Source of the DNA: Anaerolineae bacterium
GTDB taxonomy: Bacteria; Chloroflexota; Anaerolineae; B4-G1; DUEL01
NCBI GenBank assembly: GCA_025060135.1
Contig: JANXCY010000015.1
Coordinates: 1-50,920, forward strand
Reading direction: 5' to 3'
DNA length: 50,920 nt
Position 1 is the first letter of the stretch, and each line of letters begins with the position of its first letter. The position numbers were made by a program, and so were the translations under genes. The notes beneath the pieces were generated by a model. That model did not search any database. It saw only the letters and a program-made list of their open reading frames with translations, and was not told where the DNA came from. Below are positions 8,634 to 22,600 of the stretch, in pieces.

Positions 8634-9568
8634 CGGATGAGACCGATGGGACGGTACTGAGCGGGGCCAGTGCCGCCCAGGACCCGGGCTTTGTGAATTT
8701 TACCGGCTACCTTACCACCCCGCATGACAAATTCAATGTAGTCTGGGCCATCCGAGATGTAAAACGGATCGGTGGGCATGGGAGAATCCGGCTGAGCCAG
8801 AACATAATTGGCCTCTTCCCCCACCACTTCGCGAATGGGCTGTTGAGCCGGGTCGGGGATGGGAAAGACACAGCAATCCGAAGAGAACGTCAGGGGCTCC
8901 TGGAGAGGAATCAGCCGGAGGGTTTTCCCGTCTATGCAGAATGAGACGCCCAGAAGGTATCCCCCCATCTCTACTCCGGTCAGAGTGGCCGTTCCACTGT
9001 CCACAAAACCTACCGGCATCAGGATGGTGAGTTCTTTTTTCTGGGGCGCGGGCCCGATCAGGGCCTGCATCAATTGCTGAATCCATCCTCTGAGCTGGAT
9101 ACACTGATAGGCACGCTGATGCAACTTGTGAGTTACCCAATGTTGAAGGGCGGTCGCCAGTGCCTGACGGGCTGCATAGTAGCCGTTCAATGCTTCGGCG
9201 TGGTTTCCCATCAGATGATGGACCAGGCCAAGATTGAAAGCCGCCACAGCCTCGTTCTGCCGTTGATCCGGGGCTGGTTGGCGCCGAAATACTTCGTACG
9301 CCTGAAGGGCCAGACGGAGAGCGGGGCCGAAAGCGGCGGTTCCCCAGTAAATGTTACTCAAACAAAGCGCGGCCATTCCCTCACCAATGGAATGATGTCC
9401 CCGACGAGCAACCTCCAGCGCTTCCTGGGCCACCTGTGCTGCTTCTTCCAGTCGTCCCTTCCGCAGGAATTCTAATCCCCTGATGACCAGTTGGACGGCC
9501 GGGGCATCCTGATCCCTGCCGGTATACAGGAGGCTGGCTGGAATATCCCAAGAAATCTGGTAAGGCAT
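8630..9568 (-). CDS. Hypothetical protein, helical TPR-like N-terminal half, unassigned C-terminal half; 4-nt overlap with prmC
   Basis: ORF track only. No recognisable catalytic motifs. Translational coupling to prmC. Confidence 0.45.
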   Translation of the reverse strand: MPYQISWDIPASLLYTGRDQDAPAVQLVIRGLEFLRKGRLEEAAQVAQEALEVARRGHHSIGEGMAALCLSNIYWGTAAFGPALRLALQAYEVFRRQPAPDQRQNEAVAAFNLGLVHHLMGNHAEALNGYYAARQALATALQHWVTHKLHQRAYQCIQLRGWIQQLMQALIGPAPQKKELTILMPVGFVDSGTATLTGVEMGGYLLGVSFCIDGKTLRLIPLQEPLTFSSDCCVFPIPDPAQQPIREVVGEEANYVLAQPDSPMPTDPFYISDGPDYIEFVMRGGKVAGKIHKARVLGGTGPAQYRPIGLIR

Positions 9569-9685
9569 GGCCTTCCTTTCCGTGAATGCGTACCAGAAGA
9601 GAGATACCGGTAAATTTCGCTGGTCCAGAGGGCAAAGGGACGAAGCCCAGTAGGAACAGAAATTTTGCTCTTTGCCACCCGTCCT

Positions 9686-10996
9686 CTATTTCGGCATCGT
9701 TTGCTCTCTGCTCAGCATTTCCTGAAGCCGGTGAAGGTTACGAATGGCTCCAGGAGACAGCAAAGCATAGGTGGACGGGTGATAGGCCATCCAGCGCAGC
9801 GTCTCTACCAGACGGGCGGCCAGCAGATACGGACGCAGTTTCTCGTCGCTGACGGCCACGTCCTGGAGTTCTCGGATCAGGGAGATAATCATCTCCGCCT
9901 GGGCCCGGGCGCGAACGGTCTCCAGGCGCAGGAGTTCGGCCTCCCCTTCCAGGTGAGTCGCCGCCACCTGACTTTCCCACTCGGCCCGCCAGGCCTCTAT
10001 CCACTGGGCGGGGATTTGCTCGTCCTCCACTTTAATCTCCCCCAGTTGGACATCCAGGATGCGCGCGCCGACCTTGGGTGCTTCCTGCTCCAGTTGCTCC
10101 TTCAGGCGGCGGCGGATGACTTCTCGGGGATGTTCGGTATCCTCTCCGGTGGGGCCCAGCAGCCAGTCCAGGTAATATTCGGCCAGGATGTTGCGCAGCA
10201 TGCCATCCGTAAAGCCCGTTACCACCCGCGCCCGCCAGTCCATAGGGCCGGAATCCGGCGGCCGGATGAAACTGGCCGTCGCGGCCCGAAAGACGGCCTC
10301 CGGGGTGAAGGGATAGGTGTCGTAGAGGGGAGGTGAGGGACGGGACGGCGCCTCCTCCAGTCCCCGGTCGTCGATCTGGAAGCGAATGTCGGCTTCACAG
10401 ATGACGGGAATGCCATCCCGGGTCATCCCCTTGACCGGCAAGGTCCAGTGCTGGGGCCGGAGGTCCACAATGCCCCACACTTTCTCAAAGGGCTCTAAAT
10501 ACGGAAAGTTGTTCCGCTGGGGGTAATGGGCGCTCAGGATTCGCCCCAGCCGCCCGCACCGTTCGGTCACAACTGCTGTGTCGTTATAGATGACCAGGTA
10601 TCCGGGACCCCCAACCCGATGCAGGACAGAGTTTTCCCCGACCGTAATCCGGCCCTCTTGAAGTACCAGGAATGGCCCAAAAGCCCAGGACCCAAACAAC
10701 AGACGGTACAGGAATTGCCCCGCCTCGGTAAGGGTGCGGATTTTATACAGGGTTTTCAGAAAAGACATGGCGATCCGGGCCGCCAGCGCGAAGGCCAACA
10801 GGGCCGGAAGAGCGTAGACCCCACTCAGGACCACGAAGAGGAAAAGGCCGAAAGGTCTGGCGCCCCGAGCCACCAGGATGCTCTGAGTGAACCAGGTCAG
10901 CAGGATACTCACGAGAGTCAGCAACAGGATCACCGGGCCGACCCGGGGAACGACCCGCTGAACCAGATGCCGAAACGCCTGTTGGGGCATCATCAT
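9686..10996 (-). CDS. SPFH/Band-7 (flotillin/stomatin-like) membrane protein with C-terminal coiled coil
   Basis: N-terminal TM helices, then VVTERCGRLGRIL...LPVKGMTRDGIPVICEADIRFQI, an SPFH-like core, then a heptad-rich tail. Confidence 0.55.
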   Translation of the reverse strand: MMMPQQAFRHLVQRVVPRVGPVILLLTLVSILLTWFTQSILVARGARPFGLFLFVVLSGVYALPALLAFALAARIAMSFLKTLYKIRTLTEAGQFLYRLLFGSWAFGPFLVLQEGRITVGENSVLHRVGGPGYLVIYNDTAVVTERCGRLGRILSAHYPQRNNFPYLEPFEKVWGIVDLRPQHWTLPVKGMTRDGIPVICEADIRFQIDDRGLEEAPSRPSPPLYDTYPFTPEAVFRAATASFIRPPDSGPMDWRARVVTGFTDGMLRNILAEYYLDWLLGPTGEDTEHPREVIRRRLKEQLEQEAPKVGARILDVQLGEIKVEDEQIPAQWIEAWRAEWESQVAATHLEGEAELLRLETVRARAQAEMIISLIRELQDVAVSDEKLRPYLLAARLVETLRWMAYHPSTYALLSPGAIRNLHRLQEMLSREQTMPK

Positions 10997-12657
10997 GATG
11001 CCGCCTCCTTCCCCTGCGCATCCGCTCCCAGGTGGCGCAACCCCTCATGGGTCTCCCGGGGGAGAAAGCGCCGGAGCATGGGTTGCTGGGCCATATCCTC
11101 CAGAACTCCCAGGAAATGGCGGACAATGCGCTCCGGCGTGGCCGGCGTATCCGAACGCTCCAGTTCCGCCAGTTGATCCCCTAGGGCCATAATAAGTTGA
11201 GCCTGGGCCTCGGCCCGGGCCTGCTCAATGCGCCAGAGCCGTTCCCGCTGTCCTTCCGCCTGTTTGGCCAGAATCCGGTACATCCATTCGGTCCGCCAGT
11301 TCCGCACCCGTTCTTTCAATACTTCCTCTTTGACCGGCAGGAGGTTACTGATGCCACCACCGATTAACTGAATGCCGAACGGTTCCAGTTCCGCCTTCAG
11401 GCGCTCCCGGTACTCCCGGGCAATGCGCACCCGGGGCGGCTCTTGATCGGGATCGTACCGATAGAGGTCGTCAAAGTTATAGCGGGCCAGGATGTCCTGA
11501 AGGATACGGGTGCCGAAAAGGGAAGGGAGTTCATCCCAGGAGTGTTGGGACGGCTCCGGACCTCCGGGGAGTTCTTGCATCTGCGCCCGTACGGCCAGGA
11601 AGGCCGCGCTGGTCCGGTAGGGGAACGGATCGCCCAAGCGGGGCCTCTGTTCCCCCCGATCGATCTGAAACGAAACGGACGCCCGTACTTTGATCTGGAT
11701 ACCGTCCCGGGTCAGGCCCTCCACTTCAAATGCGCGCAGTTGGGGACGCAGGTCCAGGGTGTGCAACGGGCGCTCAGCGAAGGCGGTCAAGACCAACCCG
11801 GGCCCTCGGGCTCCTCGGAAGGTTACCCCATCGTGGATGACGACCGCGTGGTCGCAATCCGTGATGATGATCCCTCTCCCCAAGGCATACATGGCCAGGG
11901 CGTCGCCTTCTCCCCGTTCTTCCAGTTTATCCTCTTCCCGGGGCTCCCGGGTCATCACCCAGAACGGGTAGTGCCATCCCATCAGATAGCCCAGAAGTGT
12001 CCAGCCCGCAACCCGGTGATTCTGGAATCGGTGGGCCCAGCCGGCCCTTCCGGTACGGGCATCGGCCGGAGGAAAGGGCAGAAGGTAGCCCCCCAGGAAG
12101 AACAGACCGCCGAACAGAAAGAGCAGAAAGAGGACCCCCGAGACGTAAAATAGAAGTCCGAGGGAAAGAGGAATCCAGGAAAACTCCATTCCCCACATCA
12201 CCAAGAGGCTCCCGATGAGAGGCAGAAAGATCAGCCCAACACCCCAAGAACCGGAACGGCCACGGGGGGTATGGCGTCGCTCCACGATTCGGGCAATGAG
12301 CAGCAGGGTCAACAACACCAGCACCAGGACAACCATCAAAGGCAACAGGCGTTTCGCAGGGGAAGGGTCGTAAAACCATAGAAGCAGAACGCCGATGCTC
12401 CAAATGATCCCGGTCAGGAGGGTCCGGAGGGTCATCATCCAGCCGGAGCCCTGGAGGATAACCATCGGGATGAACATCAGGGCGTTGAGCAGAAGGGCCA
12501 TCAACACCGCGGTGGGCCAGTTCGGCTTCAGCAACAGGACGAAGACCAGAATTCCCAGGCCAATGACCAAAGAGCATATAGCGTAGGAATATATTTCCAG
12601 CAGACCCCCCGCTTCATCCTTCAGGCCTTCGTCCGGGAACGGCTCCTGGGCCATCAT
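10993..12657 (-). CDS. SPFH/Band-7-like paralog with a large polytopic N-terminal membrane domain
   Basis: About 280 aa of TM helices, then AVVIHDGVTFRGARGPGLVL...EGLTRDGIQIKVRASVSFQI plus a coiled coil. The stop overlaps the start of the downstream paralog (ATGA). Confidence 0.55.
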   Translation of the reverse strand: MMAQEPFPDEGLKDEAGGLLEIYSYAICSLVIGLGILVFVLLLKPNWPTAVLMALLLNALMFIPMVILQGSGWMMTLRTLLTGIIWSIGVLLLWFYDPSPAKRLLPLMVVLVLVLLTLLLIARIVERRHTPRGRSGSWGVGLIFLPLIGSLLVMWGMEFSWIPLSLGLLFYVSGVLFLLFLFGGLFFLGGYLLPFPPADARTGRAGWAHRFQNHRVAGWTLLGYLMGWHYPFWVMTREPREEDKLEERGEGDALAMYALGRGIIITDCDHAVVIHDGVTFRGARGPGLVLTAFAERPLHTLDLRPQLRAFEVEGLTRDGIQIKVRASVSFQIDRGEQRPRLGDPFPYRTSAAFLAVRAQMQELPGGPEPSQHSWDELPSLFGTRILQDILARYNFDDLYRYDPDQEPPRVRIAREYRERLKAELEPFGIQLIGGGISNLLPVKEEVLKERVRNWRTEWMYRILAKQAEGQRERLWRIEQARAEAQAQLIMALGDQLAELERSDTPATPERIVRHFLGVLEDMAQQPMLRRFLPRETHEGLRHLGADAQGKEAAS

Positions 12658-12666
12658 AGCACTCCT

Positions 12667-13617
12667 TCATCGGTACGGGATCAGGATGGAAAGCAGATAG
12701 GCAGTGCTCACCTGGCGGGTCTGCTGGACGGCGCGCCGTTTGCGGAGCATGCGGGGGATGCCCAGGAGGCCCGCCAGCATGCCCCGCAGCCGGGCCCGCG
12801 CGGCGGCCCCACGCCAGGCCCGCAGCGCCTCCCAGGCCAGCCGGAGTTGCGCCCGCAGGATGGCCCGCCAGTACCGCCGCCAGAGTTCGCCCGGGTAATC
12901 CTTCACCAGTAAATAAATGAAATTTCGCCCATCGTAAAAACTGGCCGTGGCGCCTCCGCCTGTGGCGCTGAGTTTGTGGTAAACAACCGCGCGCGGCGCG
13001 TAGACACACCGCCAACCGGCCAGTTGGGCCCGCCAGGCCAGGTCTACATCCTCGCAGGAATAGAAGAAATCCTCATCCAGCAGACCCACTGCGTCCAGCA
13101 TGACCCGCCGGTAGGCCGCGCTCCCCCCGCAAGCACTGAAGACGTATTCCTCCTGGTCGTACTGGCCCCTATCGGTCTCCCAGACGCCTCGGTTGCCCGG
13201 GAGGCCGTCCACCCGATAGTAGTCTCCAGCGGTATGCAGGACGTCCCGGCGGTCAAAAAGGCGCATTTTGGAGGCGACCAGGCCCGCCTCGGGATGCCGC
13301 TGGAACGCCGCCACGACCTCCTCCAGCCAGCGGGGGTCGGCCTCCGTGTCGTTGTTCAGGAGGATGATGTACTCACCCCGCGCGGCCCGGATGCCCGCGT
13401 TGCAGGCACCAGCGAAGCCCCGGTTCTCGCCCAAGGCCAGCACCTGGACCTCGGGATAATTTCGCGCCAGCAGGTCCAGGGAATCATCGGTGGACCCGTT
13501 ATCCACGACGATGACCTCAAAATCCCGGAAGGTCTGGCGGCGCAGGCTCTCCAGACAGGTCGGGAGATGGGCCGCGCCATTCCAGTTCGGGATCACCACA
13601 CTAACCCGGACACCCAT
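12667..13617 (-). CDS. Family 2 glycosyltransferase
   Basis: VVIPNWNG, VVDNGSTD, DxD-type CEDVD motif. Confidence 0.8.
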   Translation of the reverse strand: MGVRVSVVIPNWNGAAHLPTCLESLRRQTFRDFEVIVVDNGSTDDSLDLLARNYPEVQVLALGENRGFAGACNAGIRAARGEYIILLNNDTEADPRWLEEVVAAFQRHPEAGLVASKMRLFDRRDVLHTAGDYYRVDGLPGNRGVWETDRGQYDQEEYVFSACGGSAAYRRVMLDAVGLLDEDFFYSCEDVDLAWRAQLAGWRCVYAPRAVVYHKLSATGGGATASFYDGRNFIYLLVKDYPGELWRRYWRAILRAQLRLAWEALRAWRGAAARARLRGMLAGLLGIPRMLRKRRAVQQTRQVSTAYLLSILIPYR

Positions 13618-13626
13618 CGGCAGCGG

Positions 13627-14637
13627 CTACGCGTCCATATCCGGCACGCTGCGGCGAAGCACTTCGTACTGTTCCAGGGCCTTACCGGCGCCGATAGCGA
13701 CACACGCCATCGGCGCATCGGCCACCCAGGCCGGCACTCCGGTCTCCCGGGTAACCAGTTCGTCAATCTTGCGCAGGAGGGCCGTCCCGCCCACCAGCGC
13801 GATCCCCCGCTCAATAATGTCCGAAGCCAGTTCCGGCGGGGTCCGCTCCAGCACGCCCTTGATCACCCCCAGCATCTGCGTCAACGGCTCGGCGATGGCC
13901 TCCACGACTTCGTCCGAACTGACCGTCACGATGCGCGGTAATCCCGTTACCTGATCTCGGCCCTGGACTTCCATCCTGAGGGGCGGGTCCAGCGGGAGCG
14001 CGCTGCCGATACGGATTTTGACCTCCTCCGCTGTGGGTTGCCCGATGATCAGGTTGTACTTGCGGCGGATATAGGCGATAATCGCCTCGTCCAGCCGGAG
14101 CCCGCCCACGCGCACGGAGTGGGCCACAACAATGCCGTTCATAGCGATAACGGCAGCCTCACTGGCCCCGCCGCCCAGGTCCACCACCATATTCCCGGAG
14201 GGAGTATCGATCGGTAGGCCGGCGCCGAGCGCTGCCGCCAGTGGTTCGGGGATCAGATGCGCCCGACCGGCACCAGCATCCAGCGCGGCCTCCCGGACCG
14301 CCCGCCGCTCCACACTGGTTACCCCATAGGGGACGCTAATCATCACCCGGGGTCGGAAGAGCCAGGATGCGCCGCCCGCTTTGCGGATGAAGTGGCGAAG
14401 CATCCGCTCGGTAACGGTGTAGTTGGCGATGACACCGTCCCTCAGGGGACGAATGACCTCCAGGGAGCCCGGCGTGCGGCCCATCATGGTCCGCGCCTCT
14501 TCCCCTACCGCGATGATTTTACGCTCATGCAGTGATACCGCCACCACGGACGGTTCCTGCAGGACCACGCCCTGGCCTCGCACGTAGACCAGGACGTTCA
14601 CGGTACCCAGATCAATCCCCATTTCTTTGCCTGGCAA
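13627..14637 (-). CDS. mreB: Rod-shape determining protein MreB
   Basis: [24 protein letters not shown] actin-fold motifs. Confidence 0.9.
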   Translation of the reverse strand: MPGKEMGIDLGTVNVLVYVRGQGVVLQEPSVVAVSLHERKIIAVGEEARTMMGRTPGSLEVIRPLRDGVIANYTVTERMLRHFIRKAGGASWLFRPRVMISVPYGVTSVERRAVREAALDAGAGRAHLIPEPLAAALGAGLPIDTPSGNMVVDLGGGASEAAVIAMNGIVVAHSVRVGGLRLDEAIIAYIRRKYNLIIGQPTAEEVKIRIGSALPLDPPLRMEVQGRDQVTGLPRIVTVSSDEVVEAIAEPLTQMLGVIKGVLERTPPELASDIIERGIALVGGTALLRKIDELVTRETGVPAWVADAPMACVAIGAGKALEQYEVLRRSVPDMDA

Positions 14638-14692
14638 GTTGGCCTCCTCCAGCGAAAAGCGTCAAATCCAAAGCGCAGAGGGCATATGGGGC

Positions 14693-15121
14693 CTATGAGG
14701 CCTCCCCCGCGGGACGGCGGGGACGGTGGCGCTGGGCAACCCGAAGACGCAGTTGGGCCTTGCGCAGGGCCATCAGGGCCTCTGCCCGCAACGCCGGCGA
14801 GGGTTCCTTCTGGAGCAGTGCCTCCGCCTCCCGACGGGCCCGTTCCGCCTGCTCGGCGTCCACCTCATCGGCCCGCTCCCCCACATCCGCCAGCACAATG
14901 ACCCGGTCCGGAAGGACCTGAATAAATCCACCGTAGATGGCAAAAGAGAGTTCCTCTTCCCCCCGCCGGGCCACCAGTTCCCCCTCCGTCAGAATGGACA
15001 TGAGCGGCGCATGGCGGGGAAGGATGCCCAGTTGCCCCTCCGCGCCGGGCGCCAGAACCGCATCCACATCTCCGCTGAACAATTGCTTCTCGGGGGTTAC
15101 CACTTCCAGCCGGAATCCCAT
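14693..15121 (-). CDS. atpC: F1 ATP synthase epsilon subunit
   Basis: LEVVTPE...LPRHAP...VLADVGERA pattern. Lies downstream of atpD. Confidence 0.85.
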   Translation of the reverse strand: MGFRLEVVTPEKQLFSGDVDAVLAPGAEGQLGILPRHAPLMSILTEGELVARRGEEELSFAIYGGFIQVLPDRVIVLADVGERADEVDAEQAERARREAEALLQKEPSPALRAEALMALRKAQLRLRVAQRHRPRRPAGEAS

Positions 15122-15201
15122 ACGGGTTCTCCCACAGAGGAAAAGCTCAGGACCGCAGCGAAACCGCTACTCGCTCCCTAATTACATTTTGCCTTGTAGT
15201 G

Positions 15202-15236
15202 CAGGCCATCAGGCCTGGATACAGGCGAACCGCCTG
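15202..15236. repeat. Two REP-like hairpins (caggcc-atca-ggcctg; caggcg-aac-cgcctg) in the atpD-atpC spacer
   Basis: Inverted repeats read directly. Same CAGGCC/GGCCTG arm family as the other intergenic copies. Confidence 0.55.
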
Positions 15237-15266
15237 CGCTATGGATCGCTCAAGTACGTAACTCCG

Positions 15267-19024
<3,758 letters not shown>

Positions 19025-19084
19025 GGCGGCTACAAGTCTTGGTCTTCCAGCGAAAACCGTTCTTTCACGAACTGACGAGTGTGC

Positions 19085-19222
19085 TCAGCCAGGCACACCG
19101 ATGACCAGCCGGTCGATGTCGCTCTCCCGGCGGGCCCGGCTCCGGACCCGGGAGCCAAAGAGAATAATCCCGCAGGCACCCATTTCCCGCAGTTGGCGGA
19201 CGATTTCCTCCAGTTCGGTCAT
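19085..19222 (-). CDS. Truncated minimal nucleotidyltransferase (MNT/Pol-beta fold) ORF, 45 aa
   Basis: [45 protein letters not shown] matches the hGSxARGx(5)SDID-L-V signature. The ATG overlaps the atpG stop (ATGA). Full-length members are ~95-140 aa, so the C-terminal half is missing. Confidence 0.4.
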   Translation of the reverse strand: MTELEEIVRQLREMGACGIILFGSRVRSRARRESDIDRLVIGVPG

Positions 19223-20130
19223 CCTGCTGCTTCCCGCCGTTGCCCCAGGGCCTCAGCGCCGCCAGCAATATCCAGTAACTCCCGGGTGATGGCGTGCTGG
19301 CGGGCCTTGTTGCGAAGAATGGTCAGGTCCCGGAGGAGTTCCTCAGCGTTGTCGGTGGCGTTGCGCATCGCCGCCCGACGGGCCGCGTGTTCGCTGGCCG
19401 CTGCCTCCAGCGCGGCCTGATAGACCTGCAGTTCGGTGAACCGGGGCAGGACGACGTCCAGCAGGGCCTCCGGCGACGGCTCGTAGATGTAATCCGCCAC
19501 CCGCGCGGGCTGCAGGTCCACCACGTACTCGCTGACCACCTGCTCGTCCAACCGGGTGGGATGCAGCGGCAACAGCCGTTTTACCACTGGCCGCTGGCGA
19601 AGCAGGTGGATGAAGTCGGTATAGACCAGAAGGACCTCATCAGACCGACCAGCCAGAAATTCGTCCATCGCCAGCCGGGCGATGGGGGTGATGTCGGTCA
19701 GGCGGGGAACGGCGGGCAGGCCCGAGAACTGAGCGATCAGCGGCGCGCGCAGCCGCCAGAGGATGTTCCGTCCCCGCTTGCCCACGGCGACGTAGCGCAC
19801 CGGCACCTCCAGCCGGTGAGCGTAGTCGGTGGCAGTACGGACAACATTGTGGTTATAGGCGCCGCAGAGCCCCCGGTCGCTGGTGAAGACCACGATCAGG
19901 ACCGAACGAACCGGTTCCCGGAGGGTCAGAAGGGGGTGCAGGGGGATGCCCCGCCCGCTGGAAAGGTTGACGATGACCTCCCAGGCCCGGTAGGCGTACG
20001 GACGGGTCGCCAGGACAGCCGCCTGCGCCTTCTGCACTTTGGAAGCGGAGACCGCCTCCATCGCCCGGGTCATCTGGGCCAGGTGTTGGACACTGCGGAT
20101 GCGTCGGCGGATTTCCCTCAGGGTCTCCAT
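19219..20130 (-). CDS. atpG: F1 ATP synthase gamma subunit
   Basis: [15 protein letters not shown]...[12 protein letters not shown]-terminus. Overlaps the atpA end. Confidence 0.9.
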   Translation of the reverse strand: METLREIRRRIRSVQHLAQMTRAMEAVSASKVQKAQAAVLATRPYAYRAWEVIVNLSSGRGIPLHPLLTLREPVRSVLIVVFTSDRGLCGAYNHNVVRTATDYAHRLEVPVRYVAVGKRGRNILWRLRAPLIAQFSGLPAVPRLTDITPIARLAMDEFLAGRSDEVLLVYTDFIHLLRQRPVVKRLLPLHPTRLDEQVVSEYVVDLQPARVADYIYEPSPEALLDVVLPRFTELQVYQAALEAAASEHAARRAAMRNATDNAEELLRDLTILRNKARQHAITRELLDIAGGAEALGQRREAAG

Positions 20131-21770
20131 TGCCGGTTGAACTCCTCCAGCGCTGCTCGCAGGGCCGCTTCGGTCTCTTCCGTCAACTCCTTGCGGGCCG
20201 CAATGTCCGCGCCCACCTCCGGGTGCATCGTCCGCATAAAATTCAGCAACGCCCGTTCGTATTCCCGAACCTTCGCCACGGGCACGTGGTCTATGTAGCC
20301 TTTGGTGCCCGCGTAGATAATCATCACCTGTTCCTCCAGCGGGACCGGCTCGTACTGGGGCTGTTTGAGGATTTCGGTCAGGCGGCGGCCCCGGTCCAGT
20401 TTCCGCTGGGTCGCCTCGTCCAGTTCGGAGCCCAACTGGGCGAAGGCGGCCAGTTCCTGGTAACTGGCCATATCCAGCCGCAGGCCGCCCGCCACCTGCT
20501 TCATCGCCTTCGTCTGAGCATCGCCGCCGACGCGGGAAACGGAGATGCCCACGTTGATAGCGGGACGGATACCCGCGTTGAAAAGGTCTGTCTCCAGATA
20601 AATCTGCCCGTCGGTGATGGAGATGACATTGGTCGGGATGTAGGCGGTAACATCCCCCAGCAGGGTCTCCACAATGGGAAGCGCGGTGAGGCTACCGCCA
20701 GTGCCGGGCTTCTTGCGAATTTCGTAACCGTCGCCCAGTTCCTTCAATTTCTCCTCGGCGCGCTCCTTGCCCAAGGGGCCGATGTAGACCTGGCCGTCCA
20801 CTCCTTCCGTCCCCCCTTCGGGGGCATCCTTCGGGACGATGATCCAGTGGTTGGCCAGACGGGCAGCCCGTTCCAGCAGACGGGAGTGCAGATAGAAGAT
20901 GTCGCCCGGGTAGGCCTCCCGGCCCGGCGGGCGGCGCAGAAGCAAACTGACCTGACGGTAGGCCCAGGCGTGTTTGGAGAGGTCGTCGTAGATGACCAGC
21001 GCGTCCTGTCCCCGCTCCATAAACTCCTCCCCTATCGCGCAGCCCGCGTAGGGGGCGATGTACTGGAGCGCGGCCGGCTCCGAGGCAGAGGCCGCCACCA
21101 CAATCGTGTGTTCCATCGCACCGTACCGCTCCAGCGTCGCCACCACCTGGCGAATCTGGGCCCGCTTCTGCCCGATGGCGACGTAGATACAAATGAGGTC
21201 CTGGCCCTTCTGGTTGATGATGGTATCTATAGCGATGGTGGTCTTGCCAGTTTGTCGGTCACCGATGATGAGTTCCCGCTGACCCCGACCGATGGGGATC
21301 ATCGCGTCTATGGCCTTGATGCCGGTCTGGACCGGGGTGTCCACGTTCTGGCGCATGATAACCCCCGGAGCAATGCGCTCAATGGGGCGGTACCGGTCGG
21401 TGCGGATGGGTCCCTTGCCGTCTATGGGGCGGCCCAGCGCGTCCACGACCCGGCCCAGCAAGGCATCCCCTACCGGAACGGAGACGATACGCCCGGTACG
21501 GCGGACCCGGTCGCCCTCCCGGATGTTCGTATAATCGCCCATAATGATAATACCGACGTTATCCGCTTCCAGGTTGAAAGCCATACCCATTGTGCCGTCC
21601 AGGAAGGTAACCAGTTCGCTCATCTGGACCGTGGGAAGTCCGGAGACCCGGGCGATCCCGTCTCCGACCTCCACAACGGTGCCGACATCCTCGGTGAGAA
21701 CAACGGGCTGGAATTGCTGGAGCCGTTCCAACAGGGTGATGGCGATAGTCTGCAGTTCCGGATCGGGCAT
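20118..21770 (-). CDS. atpA: F1 ATP synthase alpha subunit
   Basis: GDRQTGKT P-loop. GGGAGG RBS. No atpB/E/F/H upstream in this window. Confidence 0.95.
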   Translation of the reverse strand: MPDPELQTIAITLLERLQQFQPVVLTEDVGTVVEVGDGIARVSGLPTVQMSELVTFLDGTMGMAFNLEADNVGIIIMGDYTNIREGDRVRRTGRIVSVPVGDALLGRVVDALGRPIDGKGPIRTDRYRPIERIAPGVIMRQNVDTPVQTGIKAIDAMIPIGRGQRELIIGDRQTGKTTIAIDTIINQKGQDLICIYVAIGQKRAQIRQVVATLERYGAMEHTIVVAASASEPAALQYIAPYAGCAIGEEFMERGQDALVIYDDLSKHAWAYRQVSLLLRRPPGREAYPGDIFYLHSRLLERAARLANHWIIVPKDAPEGGTEGVDGQVYIGPLGKERAEEKLKELGDGYEIRKKPGTGGSLTALPIVETLLGDVTAYIPTNVISITDGQIYLETDLFNAGIRPAINVGISVSRVGGDAQTKAMKQVAGGLRLDMASYQELAAFAQLGSELDEATQRKLDRGRRLTEILKQPQYEPVPLEEQVMIIYAGTKGYIDHVPVAKVREYERALLNFMRTMHPEVGADIAARKELTEETEAALRAALEEFNRQWRP

Positions 21771-21951
21771 GAGGGACCTCCCAAGCCTATATAGAGGTCA
21801 ACCTGTCGGCTGGAGACACCGATGGGGCAGTAACTGAACCCTGTAGCAGTACTTCCGTCTGGATGGGTTATGTGATGCAACGCTCTTCTCGCCGAAGCAG
21901 CGCACCGGGCAATAAGACTCCCTCTGGTAACACAACCTATTCTGGAAGCGC

Positions 21952-22410
21952 TCACTCCCTTTCCGTCGCCGCTGGTAGGGGTAGAGTGGAGGGGTTCAGT
22001 TCCTCCCCGCGACGGGCCAGGTCCTGGAAGGTAATCTGCCCCAGGTGCTCCCGTATCCGCCGACGGGCTTCCACCCATGCTTCGTGCACGGGACATACGG
22101 GCATCAACGGGCACTCCTGGGGTTCCTCGGTGCAGGGATTCAGAAGGAGCGGCCCTTCTATTGCCTCTACCACTTCCAGAAGCGTAATCTGCTCTGGTGG
22201 GCGGGCCAGGCCAAAGCCGCCGCTTCGCCCCCGACGGCTGGTCAGCAATCCGGACCGGACCAGCCGGGTGATCAGCGTGCGGGCCAGACCCGCAGGGATG
22301 AGACGTTCCCGGGCAATATCTCGGGCGGTGATAGATGTACCCGGAGGCATCATCGCCAGGTAGAGCAGAACACGGGCCGCGTAATCACTCTCGCGCCGGA
22401 TGACAAGCAT
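21952..22410 (-). CDS. Rrf2-family (IscR/NsrR-like) transcriptional regulator with 3-Cys cluster ligands
   Basis: MLVIRRESDYAARVLLYLA wHTH, CTEEPQECPLMPVC. Start taken at the internal ATG (22410). Confidence 0.7.
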   Translation of the reverse strand: MLVIRRESDYAARVLLYLAMMPPGTSITARDIARERLIPAGLARTLITRLVRSGLLTSRRGRSGGFGLARPPEQITLLEVVEAIEGPLLLNPCTEEPQECPLMPVCPVHEAWVEARRRIREHLGQITFQDLARRGEELNPSTLPLPAATERE

Positions 22411-22503
22411 AGCAGGGTTCCCTACCTTGTGGTTTGGTAAACACAAAATGAGAGAGCTACTATGCTCATTATACTTGCAGGATGAACGGGTGTCAAATGA
22501 TGA

Positions 22504-22532
22504 TTGCCCGGTTGGATACTTTGTGTTAAAAT
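22504..22532 (+). promoter_or_regulatory. Candidate promoter for the his operon (TTGCCC-17 nt-TGTTAAAAT, extended -10)
   Basis: AT-rich island upstream of hisZ, divergent from the Rrf2 gene. Confidence 0.4.
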
Positions 22533-22600
22533 ATCTTTCCGACTTTTATCGCTGGGAGGACCCCGGCGTCGTCTTGCCAGGCATTCTCCGTGGAGCAGAT

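Noticed and set aside
21771-21951. Searched for atpH/atpF/atpE/atpB upstream of atpA and for tRNA genes in intergenic gaps
   Set aside because: Upstream of atpA is an Rrf2 regulator, not further atp genes. No T-loop/GTTCRA-containing cloverleaf candidates were seen in any gap, so no tRNA is called.
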